The notes under the pieces are model-generated. The model saw only the letters and a list, made by a program, of their open reading frames with translations. It had not been told where the DNA came from and ran no database searches. 64,000 nucleotides of DNA from Planctomycetota bacterium (lineage in GTDB: Bacteria; Planctomycetota; UBA1135; UBA2386), in NCBI GenBank assembly GCA_947501605.1, contig CANMWZ010000009.1, positions 52,893 through 116,892 of the forward strand. The letters run 5' to 3'. The translations under genes were made by a program, and so were the position numbers. Positions 54,194-63,086 of this stretch are shown piece by piece (the first letter of the stretch is position 1; every line of letters begins with the position of its first letter).

Positions 54194-55807
54194 TCACAGC
54201 GGGCGGCTGCGCATTGCATTGGAGGCTGACAACCCTTGTGGGTTCGAGGCGTCGAAGAACCAGTACTGCAGATAGAGGCTGACGCCGAGCGGGAGCTGCG
54301 GCCAGAGCAAGCTGACGTCGATGGCGCCGTGCGCGTCGATGGCCAGAGCCAGACCGCCACCGTCGGGCGCGAACGCATCGGGGACGATCTGGCCGCCTCC
54401 GAACGGCAGGTTGATCGCGCTGGATCCGAAGAGCAAGAAGCCGACGTCGAGCGGTTTGCCGTTGCGCAACGAAATCGTGGTCTTGGTTCCGGCCGCGCCG
54501 CTGCCCTTGCCATCGAGGACCGCGAAGCCCGGGGCGCCACGGAGTCCGCGACCGAGCATCTGCCACAGCGGCTCTGAGGGCGCGTTGACGAGATACCGGA
54601 TCATGGAGGGCAGCGCACTGGCAACGGCGACGTCGATGTCGCCATCGCCATCGCCATCCTTGGCGATCACGCGGTTGCTGTTCGGACCGCTGAGCAACTG
54701 CTGCTCAGTGCCAAACGTGCCGTTGCCGAGTCCGGGGAGGATGGCGAGATAGCCCGGGTTGCCGCCATCGCCGACCATTCCGCCCAAGAGGTCCAGATTG
54801 CCGTCGCGGTCGAGGTCGGCCAGCGTCAGATCGGTTCCGTGCGAAGGCGAGGGCAATGCCTGGCTGCCGAGGGGAGCCTGACCGACATCGCGGAAGCGAC
54901 CTTGGCCGAGGTTGCGAACGAACGAGTAGCTGTGGCCGACGACGTTGAGTGCGACCAGGTCCACGAGTCCATCGTTGTCGACGTCGCCTGCTGCGATCTC
55001 GATCGGCGCTGCGGCGGTGCCCCCCAGAGTCTCATGGCTCATGCTGCCGCCGAGGCCTGTGCCGTCGTTGCGGAGCACGGACACGTCGTTGTCGAGTCGA
55101 TTGCACACCGCAACGTCAAGGTCGGCGTCGCCGTCGAAATCCGCGATCGCGATGGACTCTGCAGTTGCCCGGTTGGTAGCGACGTTGACGCTTGACGCGA
55201 GCGTGATGCTGCCATGCACCGGCGTGATGTTGCGGGCGATGCAAATGAAGCCGGGCTGTTGGACGACGTTCAGTTGACTGGCGACGACGATCACGTCGGC
55301 GCGCCCGTCGCCGTCGAGGTCCGCGATTGCCAGATCGTCGGGAGTGATGGGGGATCCTGCGACGGCAGTGCCGATCACGACGTGATCGACTGGTGTCGCA
55401 AAGCTGCCGTCGCCGCGATTCCGCAAGACGGTCAGCACCGCATCGAAGTTTGGATGAGCGTCGGCGCGCACCGCCACCAGGTCGGGCGAGCCGTCGCCGT
55501 CGAGGTCGCCTGACGTGATCGCGCGGATGTCCGAGAGGGCCAGTGCGGCCAACGGGTAGCGGACCGCCGTTGCGTGAATGCCGTTGCCGAGACTCAAGGA
55601 CACTGAGACGGAGATCGTGTCACTGACAGCGAAATCGACGAAGCCGTCGCCGTTCCAGTCGTCGGCTGCGAACTCCGTTGCCGTCGTCGTCAACGGCGCG
55701 ATGCTGCGCAGGTGCAGCGGTGCTTGCGCTGCCACCGCCGTAGTCAGGCACCAAGAGGCGGCGCCGAGGAAGAGAGCTGTCAGCAGGCAGTTCGGCAGAA
55801 GCGGCAT
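54194..55807 (-). CDS. Secreted FG-GAP/VCBS repeat protein with a Cys-less variant of the shared C-terminal domain
   Basis: Signal peptide ...AAA|Q; seven DxDGDG..D repeats; C-terminal LYLQYWFFD...SASNAM. Confidence 0.85.
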   Translation of the reverse strand: MPLLPNCLLTALFLGAASWCLTTAVAAQAPLHLRSIAPLTTTATEFAADDWNGDGFVDFAVSDTISVSVSLSLGNGIHATAVRYPLAALALSDIRAITSGDLDGDGSPDLVAVRADAHPNFDAVLTVLRNRGDGSFATPVDHVVIGTAVAGSPITPDDLAIADLDGDGRADVIVVASQLNVVQQPGFICIARNITPVHGSITLASSVNVATNRATAESIAIADFDGDADLDVAVCNRLDNDVSVLRNDGTGLGGSMSHETLGGTAAAPIEIAAGDVDNDGLVDLVALNVVGHSYSFVRNLGQGRFRDVGQAPLGSQALPSPSHGTDLTLADLDRDGNLDLLGGMVGDGGNPGYLAILPGLGNGTFGTEQQLLSGPNSNRVIAKDGDGDGDIDVAVASALPSMIRYLVNAPSEPLWQMLGRGLRGAPGFAVLDGKGSGAAGTKTTISLRNGKPLDVGFLLFGSSAINLPFGGGQIVPDAFAPDGGGLALAIDAHGAIDVSLLWPQLPLGVSLYLQYWFFDASNPQGLSASNAMRSRPL

Positions 55808-55917
55808 GAGAGTAGCGCTGGCTGTGGTGCGGGAGTCGGCAGGTCATTCGGACGAAGGCCGCGGACTCGTCGTCGGCTTCGTGCCGGCAACGGGTCCGCG
55901 CGCGCTGCGGGCACAGC

Positions 55918-58146
55918 TCAGCGAGAGCGGCCGGTGATGGTCGTCGGCGACGAGTCGCTGCCGCCGCGTGAGGACCGCACCGTCACCGACGACGGGGCTG
56001 CCGCGACCGTGAGACTCAACACGCCACGGACCAGCGTGCCCAGCAGGACGCCGTCATCGCCGAACACCTGGAGAGTCGGTTGGCTGAAGACGTCCGACGA
56101 GGTGGCGACCACCGACAGGAGGTGAGTAGCGGTCGAGTAGCTGGCGCTCTTCACGTTGACGATGTCCGCGAGTTGCGCCACCACCGAGGCGAGGTTGCGG
56201 TTCGTCATGTCCTGGATGGTGACGCCCGTCGAGAACTGCAACGATGCGAACGGGATCTGCACGTAGAACCGACCCGGAGCCTGCTCGGTCATCAGTCGCG
56301 ACAGGCCGCTGCCGGTGGTCGCCTGCAGTGCGTGGCCGGCGGGGGCTGCGACGAAGACATTGGCATTGCCGTTGCCGCGATCGAAGCGCTCGAAGGTCCC
56401 GGCTTGCAGGCTCACCGGCGCGAGCGATGAGGCTCGGGCGAGTCTGGCTTGCGTGATCGGAATCGGGCTCGGTGGGATCGGGACCATGCTGAGGCGGCTC
56501 GCCGTGTTGAACGGGTAGAAGGCCGGCACGCGGGCCGCGGCGTTGCTCGGGAGCAGCGGTTCTTGCCCGACGGGATTCAGGCCAGAGACCGGGAACGGAT
56601 CGAGCGGTTGCGGGGTCGTCGCGCCATCAAAGCCACCGGGGCTCAGGCGGCGGTCGAGGTTCCACGGAATGCCCTCGAAGATGAACGGAGTCGTCAGCAC
56701 GTCGAGGTTGATTTCGACGAACTCAGGATGGCCCATACCAACTGGGGTCAGGTACTCGCCGTTGGGAGCTTCATTGCCGTTGATGTCGCGGGTGATGGTC
56801 CCTGGAGTCAGGATCAACTTGTGACGCGAGCGACCGATCAACTCGCGAGAGATCGGGCTCAGGATCGCGAAGTTGTCCTCGTAGCTGGCCGGACCGTTCG
56901 GCAGCCGCGAGCCAAAGCCCGCGTTGGTCAGGTTTTGGCCGGGCGAGCTGTCTGGATTGATGTCGTTGGACGCGGCTTCGAGGAAGTCCAGGTTGAACTT
57001 GATCTTGAAGATGCCGCCAGCACCGCCGCCGACGCCTTGGTTGATGGTGTCCGGGTTGTTCACCGTCGATGCCATGATGAACTCATGGTTGTCACCAGTC
57101 GTCGGATCGACGTAGAGCGAGAAGACGTCGACCTGCGACGTCGGGTCGGTCGAGAAGCCGATCATCAGCACGCGGCAACGCGAGTTCTGAAATCCCGGCA
57201 GATCCCATTCGACCTCGTCCCAGATCAGATAGTCGGGTTGGTTCGGCGCGTTGCGCGTCTGGATCGCGTTGAACACCGTCATCGAATGCGCCGAGATGTA
57301 GCGAACGCCGCCGAAGTCCTCCCAGTTGCCTTCAGCCTGGACCGTGTCGCCGACCAGGAGGGGGGCGAATCGACGCGAATCGGCAGCCGTGACGGCGCCG
57401 CGGTTGTTGGTGGGGCAGAACGGATCGCCCTGACCCTGCGCGTCGCTGGCGGCGCCGGCATTGTCGCTACCCGGAACGAACCCGGCGCGCTGGCCGACGG
57501 GCACCGTGCTGGGAATGCCGCAGGGGTAGCCCGTGGTGAAGGTGATGGTGTAGTTGTCCGGATCGAGGCCGAAGCGCGCGTCCGGGCTGCCGTTGCCTTC
57601 CGTGCCGGCGCCGAGGCCCTGCTGGATCGTGTGCCGACTTTCTGGGTCGTTGATCCGGACCATGACGCCGGTGTTTGGGTCGTTGGCGATGCCGTCGACG
57701 CGGAAGTAGCCATCGGTGTGCTCGATGAACGTCACCTTGCCGGTGATGAGTTCTTGGCCCTTCTCGATGAACACGTCGCCGGCGATGACATTGCCGTGGG
57801 CGTTGCGGTTGGCAAGGATGTGCGCAAAGGCACCGCCGTAGCCCGTGCTTTCGTCGGCGGCCAAGCCGAACTCGCCGACACTCCGACTGCGCGCTGGCGC
57901 CTCGGTCAGCAACTGTTGCAGCGAGAGCCGATTTGCCGGCAGATCAATCAGCAGATTGCGCGGAATGATCACTTGCTGACCGGCAACGACGATCTTGCCG
58001 CCGGACCAGACGTCATTGGCATCGTCGAGCACGATCGAGTCGATCTTGCCGCCAATGGTGGCGCCAGTGGCTGGAAACTGGGCCTGAAGGAGGGACGAAA
58101 GCGCAATGACCGTGGTCATTGCGCACGCATGGGCAACGAGTCGCAT
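55918..58146 (-). CDS. Large secreted protein of unknown function
   Basis: Signal peptide ...LQA|Q; 742-aa ORF with strong codon bias; beta-rich (alternative start 58119). Confidence 0.8.
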   Translation of the reverse strand: MRLVAHACAMTTVIALSSLLQAQFPATGATIGGKIDSIVLDDANDVWSGGKIVVAGQQVIIPRNLLIDLPANRLSLQQLLTEAPARSRSVGEFGLAADESTGYGGAFAHILANRNAHGNVIAGDVFIEKGQELITGKVTFIEHTDGYFRVDGIANDPNTGVMVRINDPESRHTIQQGLGAGTEGNGSPDARFGLDPDNYTITFTTGYPCGIPSTVPVGQRAGFVPGSDNAGAASDAQGQGDPFCPTNNRGAVTAADSRRFAPLLVGDTVQAEGNWEDFGGVRYISAHSMTVFNAIQTRNAPNQPDYLIWDEVEWDLPGFQNSRCRVLMIGFSTDPTSQVDVFSLYVDPTTGDNHEFIMASTVNNPDTINQGVGGGAGGIFKIKFNLDFLEAASNDINPDSSPGQNLTNAGFGSRLPNGPASYEDNFAILSPISRELIGRSRHKLILTPGTITRDINGNEAPNGEYLTPVGMGHPEFVEINLDVLTTPFIFEGIPWNLDRRLSPGGFDGATTPQPLDPFPVSGLNPVGQEPLLPSNAAARVPAFYPFNTASRLSMVPIPPSPIPITQARLARASSLAPVSLQAGTFERFDRGNGNANVFVAAPAGHALQATTGSGLSRLMTEQAPGRFYVQIPFASLQFSTGVTIQDMTNRNLASVVAQLADIVNVKSASYSTATHLLSVVATSSDVFSQPTLQVFGDDGVLLGTLVRGVLSLTVAAAPSSVTVRSSRGGSDSSPTTITGRSR

Positions 58147-58560
58147 AGAGCCTCAGTAAGGTGAGTGCCTGGAACGACCCGAGTAAGTCGTCCCAATGTC
58201 GGCGCCGATAAGGAGCGCCGCGAATCCACGGCCAACCCTACAAGCGAAGCATGCTTCCACAATCCCCACTTAGTGCGCACGGTGGCGCCGACGAACTGCG
58301 CCCTTCCGCCCGGGCGACGGGGATTGGCGGGCCCTGCTTGGCGGTCGTAACCAAGAACGAAGGGTGCATGCCGCATTTGCGCACCTCGCCCGAGGCTTGG
58401 CGCGCACACAGAGAGTCGCGAGCAGCCGCTGCACGGCGCGCACCAACGGCGCTACGACTGGGCCCGTGACAGGGCCGCGACGGCGAGGGCTCTGCGGCAC
58501 CGGTAGGTCCGCGCTCCGTCGAAGATCTTGATCGAGTCTTCGTTGGCAGCCAGGTGACCG

Positions 58561-58576
58561 TTCGAGAAAAGTCGAA
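58561..58576 (+). promoter_or_regulatory. Probable ArsR operator
   Basis: TTCGA-N6-TCGAA palindrome 2 nt before the arsR start; second palindrome CGAAGA...TCTTCG at 58520-58542. Confidence 0.6.
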
Positions 58577-58578
58577 GC

Positions 58579-59400
58579 ATGGACTTTGAGCAGACGGTGC
58601 GCGGCTTCGGTGCGCTCGGCCATGGCAAGCGGCTTGCGGTCTTCGTGCAACTCGCCCGCGAGGGCGCGCGCGGCCTCAGTGCGGGCGAACTCGCGGCTCG
58701 CACCGGGCTCGTGCCGTCGTCGCTGTCGTTCCATCTCGGCGATCTCGTGACCGCTCGCCTCGTGCGCGCCGAGCGTGCCGGTCGCGAGATCCGCTATGCC
58801 GTCGCCGTCGAATCGCTGCACGAGTTGCTGTGGTTCCTCGGCGAGGAGTGTTGCCAGGGACGCACGGATCTGTGCACGTCGCCGGTCGCGCGCATTGAGG
58901 CGCAGTTGCGCGCCATAGACGATTCGGAACGCGAGTCGGTCCTGTTCGTGTGCGCCCACAACGCGGCTCGCAGCCAGATCGCCGAGGCCCTGCTTCGCGA
59001 GCGCTGTGGCGACCGCTACGACGTTGCGAGTGCCGGCCTGCGACCCCAACGCGTGCACCCCATGGCCAAGACGGTGCTGCGCGAGATCGGAGTCGACGAC
59101 GCGGGGCTCGCCGCCAAGGACCTCGGGGCCATGCTCGGCAAACGTGCGTTCTCGCATGCGGTCGTGCTGTGCCACGAGTCGAAACCGGAGTGCGATCGGA
59201 TCGCGGCCTTCGCGCAGCGCACGCACTACTGGCCGCTGCCGGACCCTTCGGCTGCAGGCGGGGACCGCGAGCAGCGGCTGTCGGTGTTCCGTTCGGTTCG
59301 CGACCAACTCGTAGCGCGGATCGATGCGTTCCTTGTGTCAAAGCCGCGAGGTCGGTCGCCGCGGCGCCGGCCATCAAACGGGAAGGAGTCGAAGCAATGA
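58579..59400 (+). CDS. ArsR repressor fused to an LMW-PTP-type arsenate reductase (ArsC)
   Basis: wHTH SSLSFHL with ECCQGRTDLC As(III) site; VLFVCAHNAARSQ, C.....C pair and WPLPDP. Confidence 0.9.
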   Translation: MDFEQTVRGFGALGHGKRLAVFVQLAREGARGLSAGELAARTGLVPSSLSFHLGDLVTARLVRAERAGREIRYAVAVESLHELLWFLGEECCQGRTDLCTSPVARIEAQLRAIDDSERESVLFVCAHNAARSQIAEALLRERCGDRYDVASAGLRPQRVHPMAKTVLREIGVDDAGLAAKDLGAMLGKRAFSHAVVLCHESKPECDRIAAFAQRTHYWPLPDPSAAGGDREQRLSVFRSVRDQLVARIDAFLVSKPRGRSPRRRPSNGKESKQ

Positions 59401-60398
59401 AGATCGCCGTCAACGGTCTTGGCCGCATGGGCCGATTGTTCGTCCGCGCTGCCCTCGCGCGCGGTCTCGACGTGGTTTGCGCCAACGAGCCCAGGGGAAC
59501 GCCCGCGGCGATCGCGCTCGGGATCGAGTTCGACTCGGTGCAGGGCCGGTTCGACCGCGAGGTCCTTTCGGTGGACGATGCGATCCTGATCGACGGCCAT
59601 CGCATCGAACTCACGAAGTCCGTCGAGCCTCGGGAACTCGGATGGCCGCAGCGCGGCGTGCAACTGGTCGTCGAGTGCAGTGGCAAGGTCAAGAATCGAA
59701 CGTCGCTACAGCCGTGGTTCGAGGCCGGCATCGAACGGCTCCTGGTGTCGAACCCGGTGCCAGGGGTGCAGAACTTGGTCTACGGCGTCAACGACGAGGC
59801 CTGCGACTTCGCGACCGAACGTGTCGTTACAGCGGCTTCGTGCACCACCAACTGCCTCGTTCCTCTGGTGCGCGTGCTGCACTTTGCGATCGGCATCGAG
59901 CGCGGGCTGGTGACGACTATCCATGATCCGACCAATACGCAGGGTGTCGTCGACCGCATCGACACGGATATGCGGCGTGCGCGATCGGCGTTGTGCAACC
60001 TCATCCCGACGACGACGAACTCGGCTGTGACGGTGGGGGAGATCGTCCCCGAGCTCAAAGGGCGGCTCGACTGCATCGCCGTGCGCGCGCCCGTGCTCAA
60101 CGCGTCGCTCGTCGATTGCTCGCTGCACATGGCGCGGGTCACCACGATCGACGAAGTCAACGGGTGCCTGCGTGCCGCGGCGCAGAAGGGGCCTCTGCGC
60201 GGGATCCTCGGCTACGAGACGCGTCCGCTCGTCAGTAGCGACTTCGCGCGCGATCCGCGCAGCGCGATCGTCGACGCGCAGTGCACCAACGTCGTCGACG
60301 GCCGCATGGTGCGCGTCATGGCGTGGTATGACAACGAGTGGGGCTACGTCAACCGCATGGTGGATTTGGCAGCACGCTTCCGGGCAGCGATTTCGTGA
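59397..60398 (+). CDS. ArsJ-associated glyceraldehyde-3-phosphate dehydrogenase
   Basis: NGLGRMGR, ASCTTNC, TIHD.TNTQ..VD, WYDNEWGY; lies between arsRC and arsJ. Confidence 0.92.
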   Translation: MKIAVNGLGRMGRLFVRAALARGLDVVCANEPRGTPAAIALGIEFDSVQGRFDREVLSVDDAILIDGHRIELTKSVEPRELGWPQRGVQLVVECSGKVKNRTSLQPWFEAGIERLLVSNPVPGVQNLVYGVNDEACDFATERVVTAASCTTNCLVPLVRVLHFAIGIERGLVTTIHDPTNTQGVVDRIDTDMRRARSALCNLIPTTTNSAVTVGEIVPELKGRLDCIAVRAPVLNASLVDCSLHMARVTTIDEVNGCLRAAAQKGPLRGILGYETRPLVSSDFARDPRSAIVDAQCTNVVDGRMVRVMAWYDNEWGYVNRMVDLAARFRAAIS

Positions 60399-61609
60399 GC
60401 GGATCGAGCCGGCCCCAGTTCCTCGCCGTCTCGGCCTGCTATCAGGTCTTCACCTTGAGCGACGGCGCGCTGCGCATGCTCGTGCTGCTGCACTTGCACG
60501 AGCAGGGGCGAACGGCGCTAGCACTAGCACTCGTGCTGTTGCCCTACGAAGTGGCCGGCGTGTTCGCCAACCTGCTCGGCGGCGTGCTGTCGTCGCGCTT
60601 TGGTCAACGTCTGGTGCTCGTCACCGGCCTCGCGCTGCAAGGTCTTTCGTGCGCGATGCTCGCCGTCGAGGCCGCGTTGTTGTCGGTGCCCTTGGTCATG
60701 GCGACGCAGGTCATGTCCGGCGTGGCGAAGGACCTCGCCAAGACTGCGGCCAAGAGCTACACGCGCGCGCTCGCGGTCGACGACGGCTCGAGCCTGTTCC
60801 TGCTGGTCGCGTTCATGACCGGCAGCAAGAACGCCGTGAAGGGGCTCGGCTTCTTTGTTGGCGGCGCCCTGCTCTCGACCCTGGGCTTTCGTCACACCAA
60901 CACAGCTCTCGCAGTTCTGCTCGTGGTCGCGGCGATCCTGGCTGCGCGACTGTTGCCGGAGAAGGGCGCGAATCGCCGGGCTCACGGGGCGTCGATCCTG
61001 CGCCAAGAGCGGTCGGTGCAGTGGCTCGCGCTCGCGCGCTTGTTCTTGTTCGGTTCGCGCGACGTTTGGTTTGCCGTGGCTCTGCCGTTGTTCCTCGCGT
61101 CGGTGCACTCTTGGTCGAGCGCTGCCATCGGCGCCTTCTTGTCGGCATGGGTCATCGGCTACGGCGCCGTGCAGGCAGCTGCACCAAGGTGGTTGCGAAC
61201 CAAGGTCGTCGCGGTCGGCGCGCGGCAGGCCGTCGCGTGGACCGCGCTCCTGCTGGTGCCCTTGGGCGCGACGGCATGGCTGCTGGCCATGGCCACGTCG
61301 AGTGTTGCCGTGGTCGCCGTCGGCGTCTGTGCCTACGGCGTGGTGTTCGCCGTCTGCAGCAGCTTGCACAGCTGGCTCGTGGTGGCGTTGGCGAACCGCG
61401 ACGACGTCGCCGAGCGGGTGGGGTTCTACTACGCCGCGAACAGCGTGGGCCGCGTCGTCGGAACCCTCGCCTCGGGCTGGCTCTTCGACCTGGCGGACGG
61501 CGGCACTTCGGGGCTCGGACTCTGCATGTCGGCGTCTGCCGTCATGGTGCTGCTCGCGGCCTCGGCCTCGCTGCCGATGGCCGCGCGGGCGCGGGCGCTC
61601 AGTTCTTGA
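60395..61609 (+). CDS. arsJ: Organoarsenical efflux MFS transporter ArsJ
   Basis: FTLSDGALRMLVLLH, SGVAKDL.K..AKS, TGSKNAVKG.GFF.GG, FLFGSRDVWF.V.LP, VGFYY.AN. Confidence 0.92.
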   Translation: MSGSSRPQFLAVSACYQVFTLSDGALRMLVLLHLHEQGRTALALALVLLPYEVAGVFANLLGGVLSSRFGQRLVLVTGLALQGLSCAMLAVEAALLSVPLVMATQVMSGVAKDLAKTAAKSYTRALAVDDGSSLFLLVAFMTGSKNAVKGLGFFVGGALLSTLGFRHTNTALAVLLVVAAILAARLLPEKGANRRAHGASILRQERSVQWLALARLFLFGSRDVWFAVALPLFLASVHSWSSAAIGAFLSAWVIGYGAVQAAAPRWLRTKVVAVGARQAVAWTALLLVPLGATAWLLAMATSSVAVVAVGVCAYGVVFAVCSSLHSWLVVALANRDDVAERVGFYYAANSVGRVVGTLASGWLFDLADGGTSGLGLCMSASAVMVLLAASASLPMAARARALSS

Positions 61610-61934
61610 TCACGAGCGCGTTGATGGCGACCGCCGGGTCGACCTGGAACTTGTCGAGGCACGCCTGCTTGCAGAAGTGCATCGTGTAGTCCTGGACCTT
61701 GAGCGGCCACTTGTCTTCACCGGGCATGCCGAGGGAGCAGCCAGCGCACTGGTGCACGACCTTGTCGACCGCGCCGTCCTTCTGGTCGGCGAGCGCGAGC
61801 TTGGCGATCACTTCGGGCGTGATGGCGGCCTGCGCGACCGGCGCCGGATTCGGCGTCACCACCGGTTGGCTCTCCTTGGAGCACGAGGTCAGAGCGAAGA
61901 GGGCGCAGCCAATGGTCAATGCGAGTCGGATCAT
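61599..61934 (-). CDS. Small lipoprotein with a YHS/TRASH-like Cys motif
   Basis: LTSC lipobox; CAGCSLGM...HFCKQAC...F..DP. Confidence 0.75.
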   Translation of the reverse strand: MIRLALTIGCALFALTSCSKESQPVVTPNPAPVAQAAITPEVIAKLALADQKDGAVDKVVHQCAGCSLGMPGEDKWPLKVQDYTMHFCKQACLDKFQVDPAVAINALVIKN

Positions 61935-61944
61935 GGTCGCGAGT

Positions 61945-62454
61945 CTAGCTCGCGGAGGCCCGCGTTGTCGGCTCCGAACTCGCGCTCTTTCTCGCGACCC
62001 GAAGAAGCAGGCCGGTGAGGACCGCCAGCGCCAGCACCGTGCCGACATACACGGACGGCGCAGTCACGATCAGCATGGGCATCAAGGCGAAGACGGCGAA
62101 CGCTCCTACATCACCGCCGATGCTGCCAAAGCTCATTACCGAGAGGCTCATATGGAGTGCGACGCCGGTAGCGGATGCTGCCATGGGGCTCGCAATGCAG
62201 AAGCCGATCGTCCAGACGATCTTCGCCGCCGAGGTCTCGCATAGACGCAACAGGCAAATCAGCAACGCCGCGGCCAGCACGAAGCCGCCCATCACCGGCG
62301 CCAACACTGGCATCAGGCGCCGCCAATCGACGGCCGTGCCGTCATCGAGCGAGGTTGTGACCACGACCAGCACGAGCGGTGTTGCGGCCCACGCCAGGAG
62401 GGTGGCCAGCTGGTTCGTCAACTCGCGTTGGCAGGTCTGCTGGGTCTGGCTCAC
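61945..62454 (-). CDS. Hypothetical membrane protein
   Basis: About 4 TM; GTG start overlapping the upstream stop (GTGA). Confidence 0.55.
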   Translation of the reverse strand: MSQTQQTCQRELTNQLATLLAWAATPLVLVVVTTSLDDGTAVDWRRLMPVLAPVMGGFVLAAALLICLLRLCETSAAKIVWTIGFCIASPMAASATGVALHMSLSVMSFGSIGGDVGAFAVFALMPMLIVTAPSVYVGTVLALAVLTGLLLRVARKSASSEPTTRASAS

Positions 62455-62954
62455 TTCGTGCGCTGCATCTCGAACTGCACCGAACCTGCTGGGGCTTCCT
62501 TGCCGACATTCGACCACTGCGCCGTCGCGTGGTCCTGGTCGACGAATGTCAGCACCAAGGTCGCCATGCAGTGTTCGTCGGGTTGGGCATCGGTCACGCT
62601 GTCGAACTCGAAGCGGATCGCGTTTCCAGGCTCGGCGCGAGCGCGCATGCGCGGCTGGTTGCCGGCGGCGCAGTAGTGCGTCATGACCAACGTGCCGCCG
62701 TCCATGTGGTAGACGTTGGTCATTTCGTGCTCGGTGCCCGGAAACATGATCTCGCGCACGATGGAACCGCTGGAGCTGACGGTGAAGGTCGAGGTGCCCG
62801 GGGGCTGCTCCGGAACGCGCACCTCCCAGGTGCCGGCCATCGCCTTCACGCGATCGAGCAGGGCGGCTTGCTGCTCCTGGGTTGCGGCGGCTGTACGCAC
62901 GGGGCCAGACGCGCAGGCGGCGAACACGAGCGGCAGGAGTAGGAGGTGTCGCAT
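62451..62954 (-). CDS. Hypothetical lipoprotein (beta-barrel-like)
   Basis: FAAC lipobox; G.W, YHMDG..LVMTHYCAAGNQPRM. Confidence 0.78.
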   Translation of the reverse strand: MRHLLLLPLVFAACASGPVRTAAATQEQQAALLDRVKAMAGTWEVRVPEQPPGTSTFTVSSSGSIVREIMFPGTEHEMTNVYHMDGGTLVMTHYCAAGNQPRMRARAEPGNAIRFEFDSVTDAQPDEHCMATLVLTFVDQDHATAQWSNVGKEAPAGSVQFEMQRTK

Positions 62955-63086
62955 AGGGGGGTGTTTCTGACCTTCAGAAGGTAGCAGCAACGCGCCGCAG
63001 ATAGTTAGCCAGGGTTCCTTGCCCTGGGCAGGCGCAGGCGCTTTCGTTAGGGGTTTTCAGCCCCCACCTCCGGCACTAGGTCGCAT

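Noticed and set aside
59397..60398. Housekeeping glycolytic gapA
   Set aside because: Context and the TIHD.TNTQ..VD motif indicate the ArsJ-associated clade.
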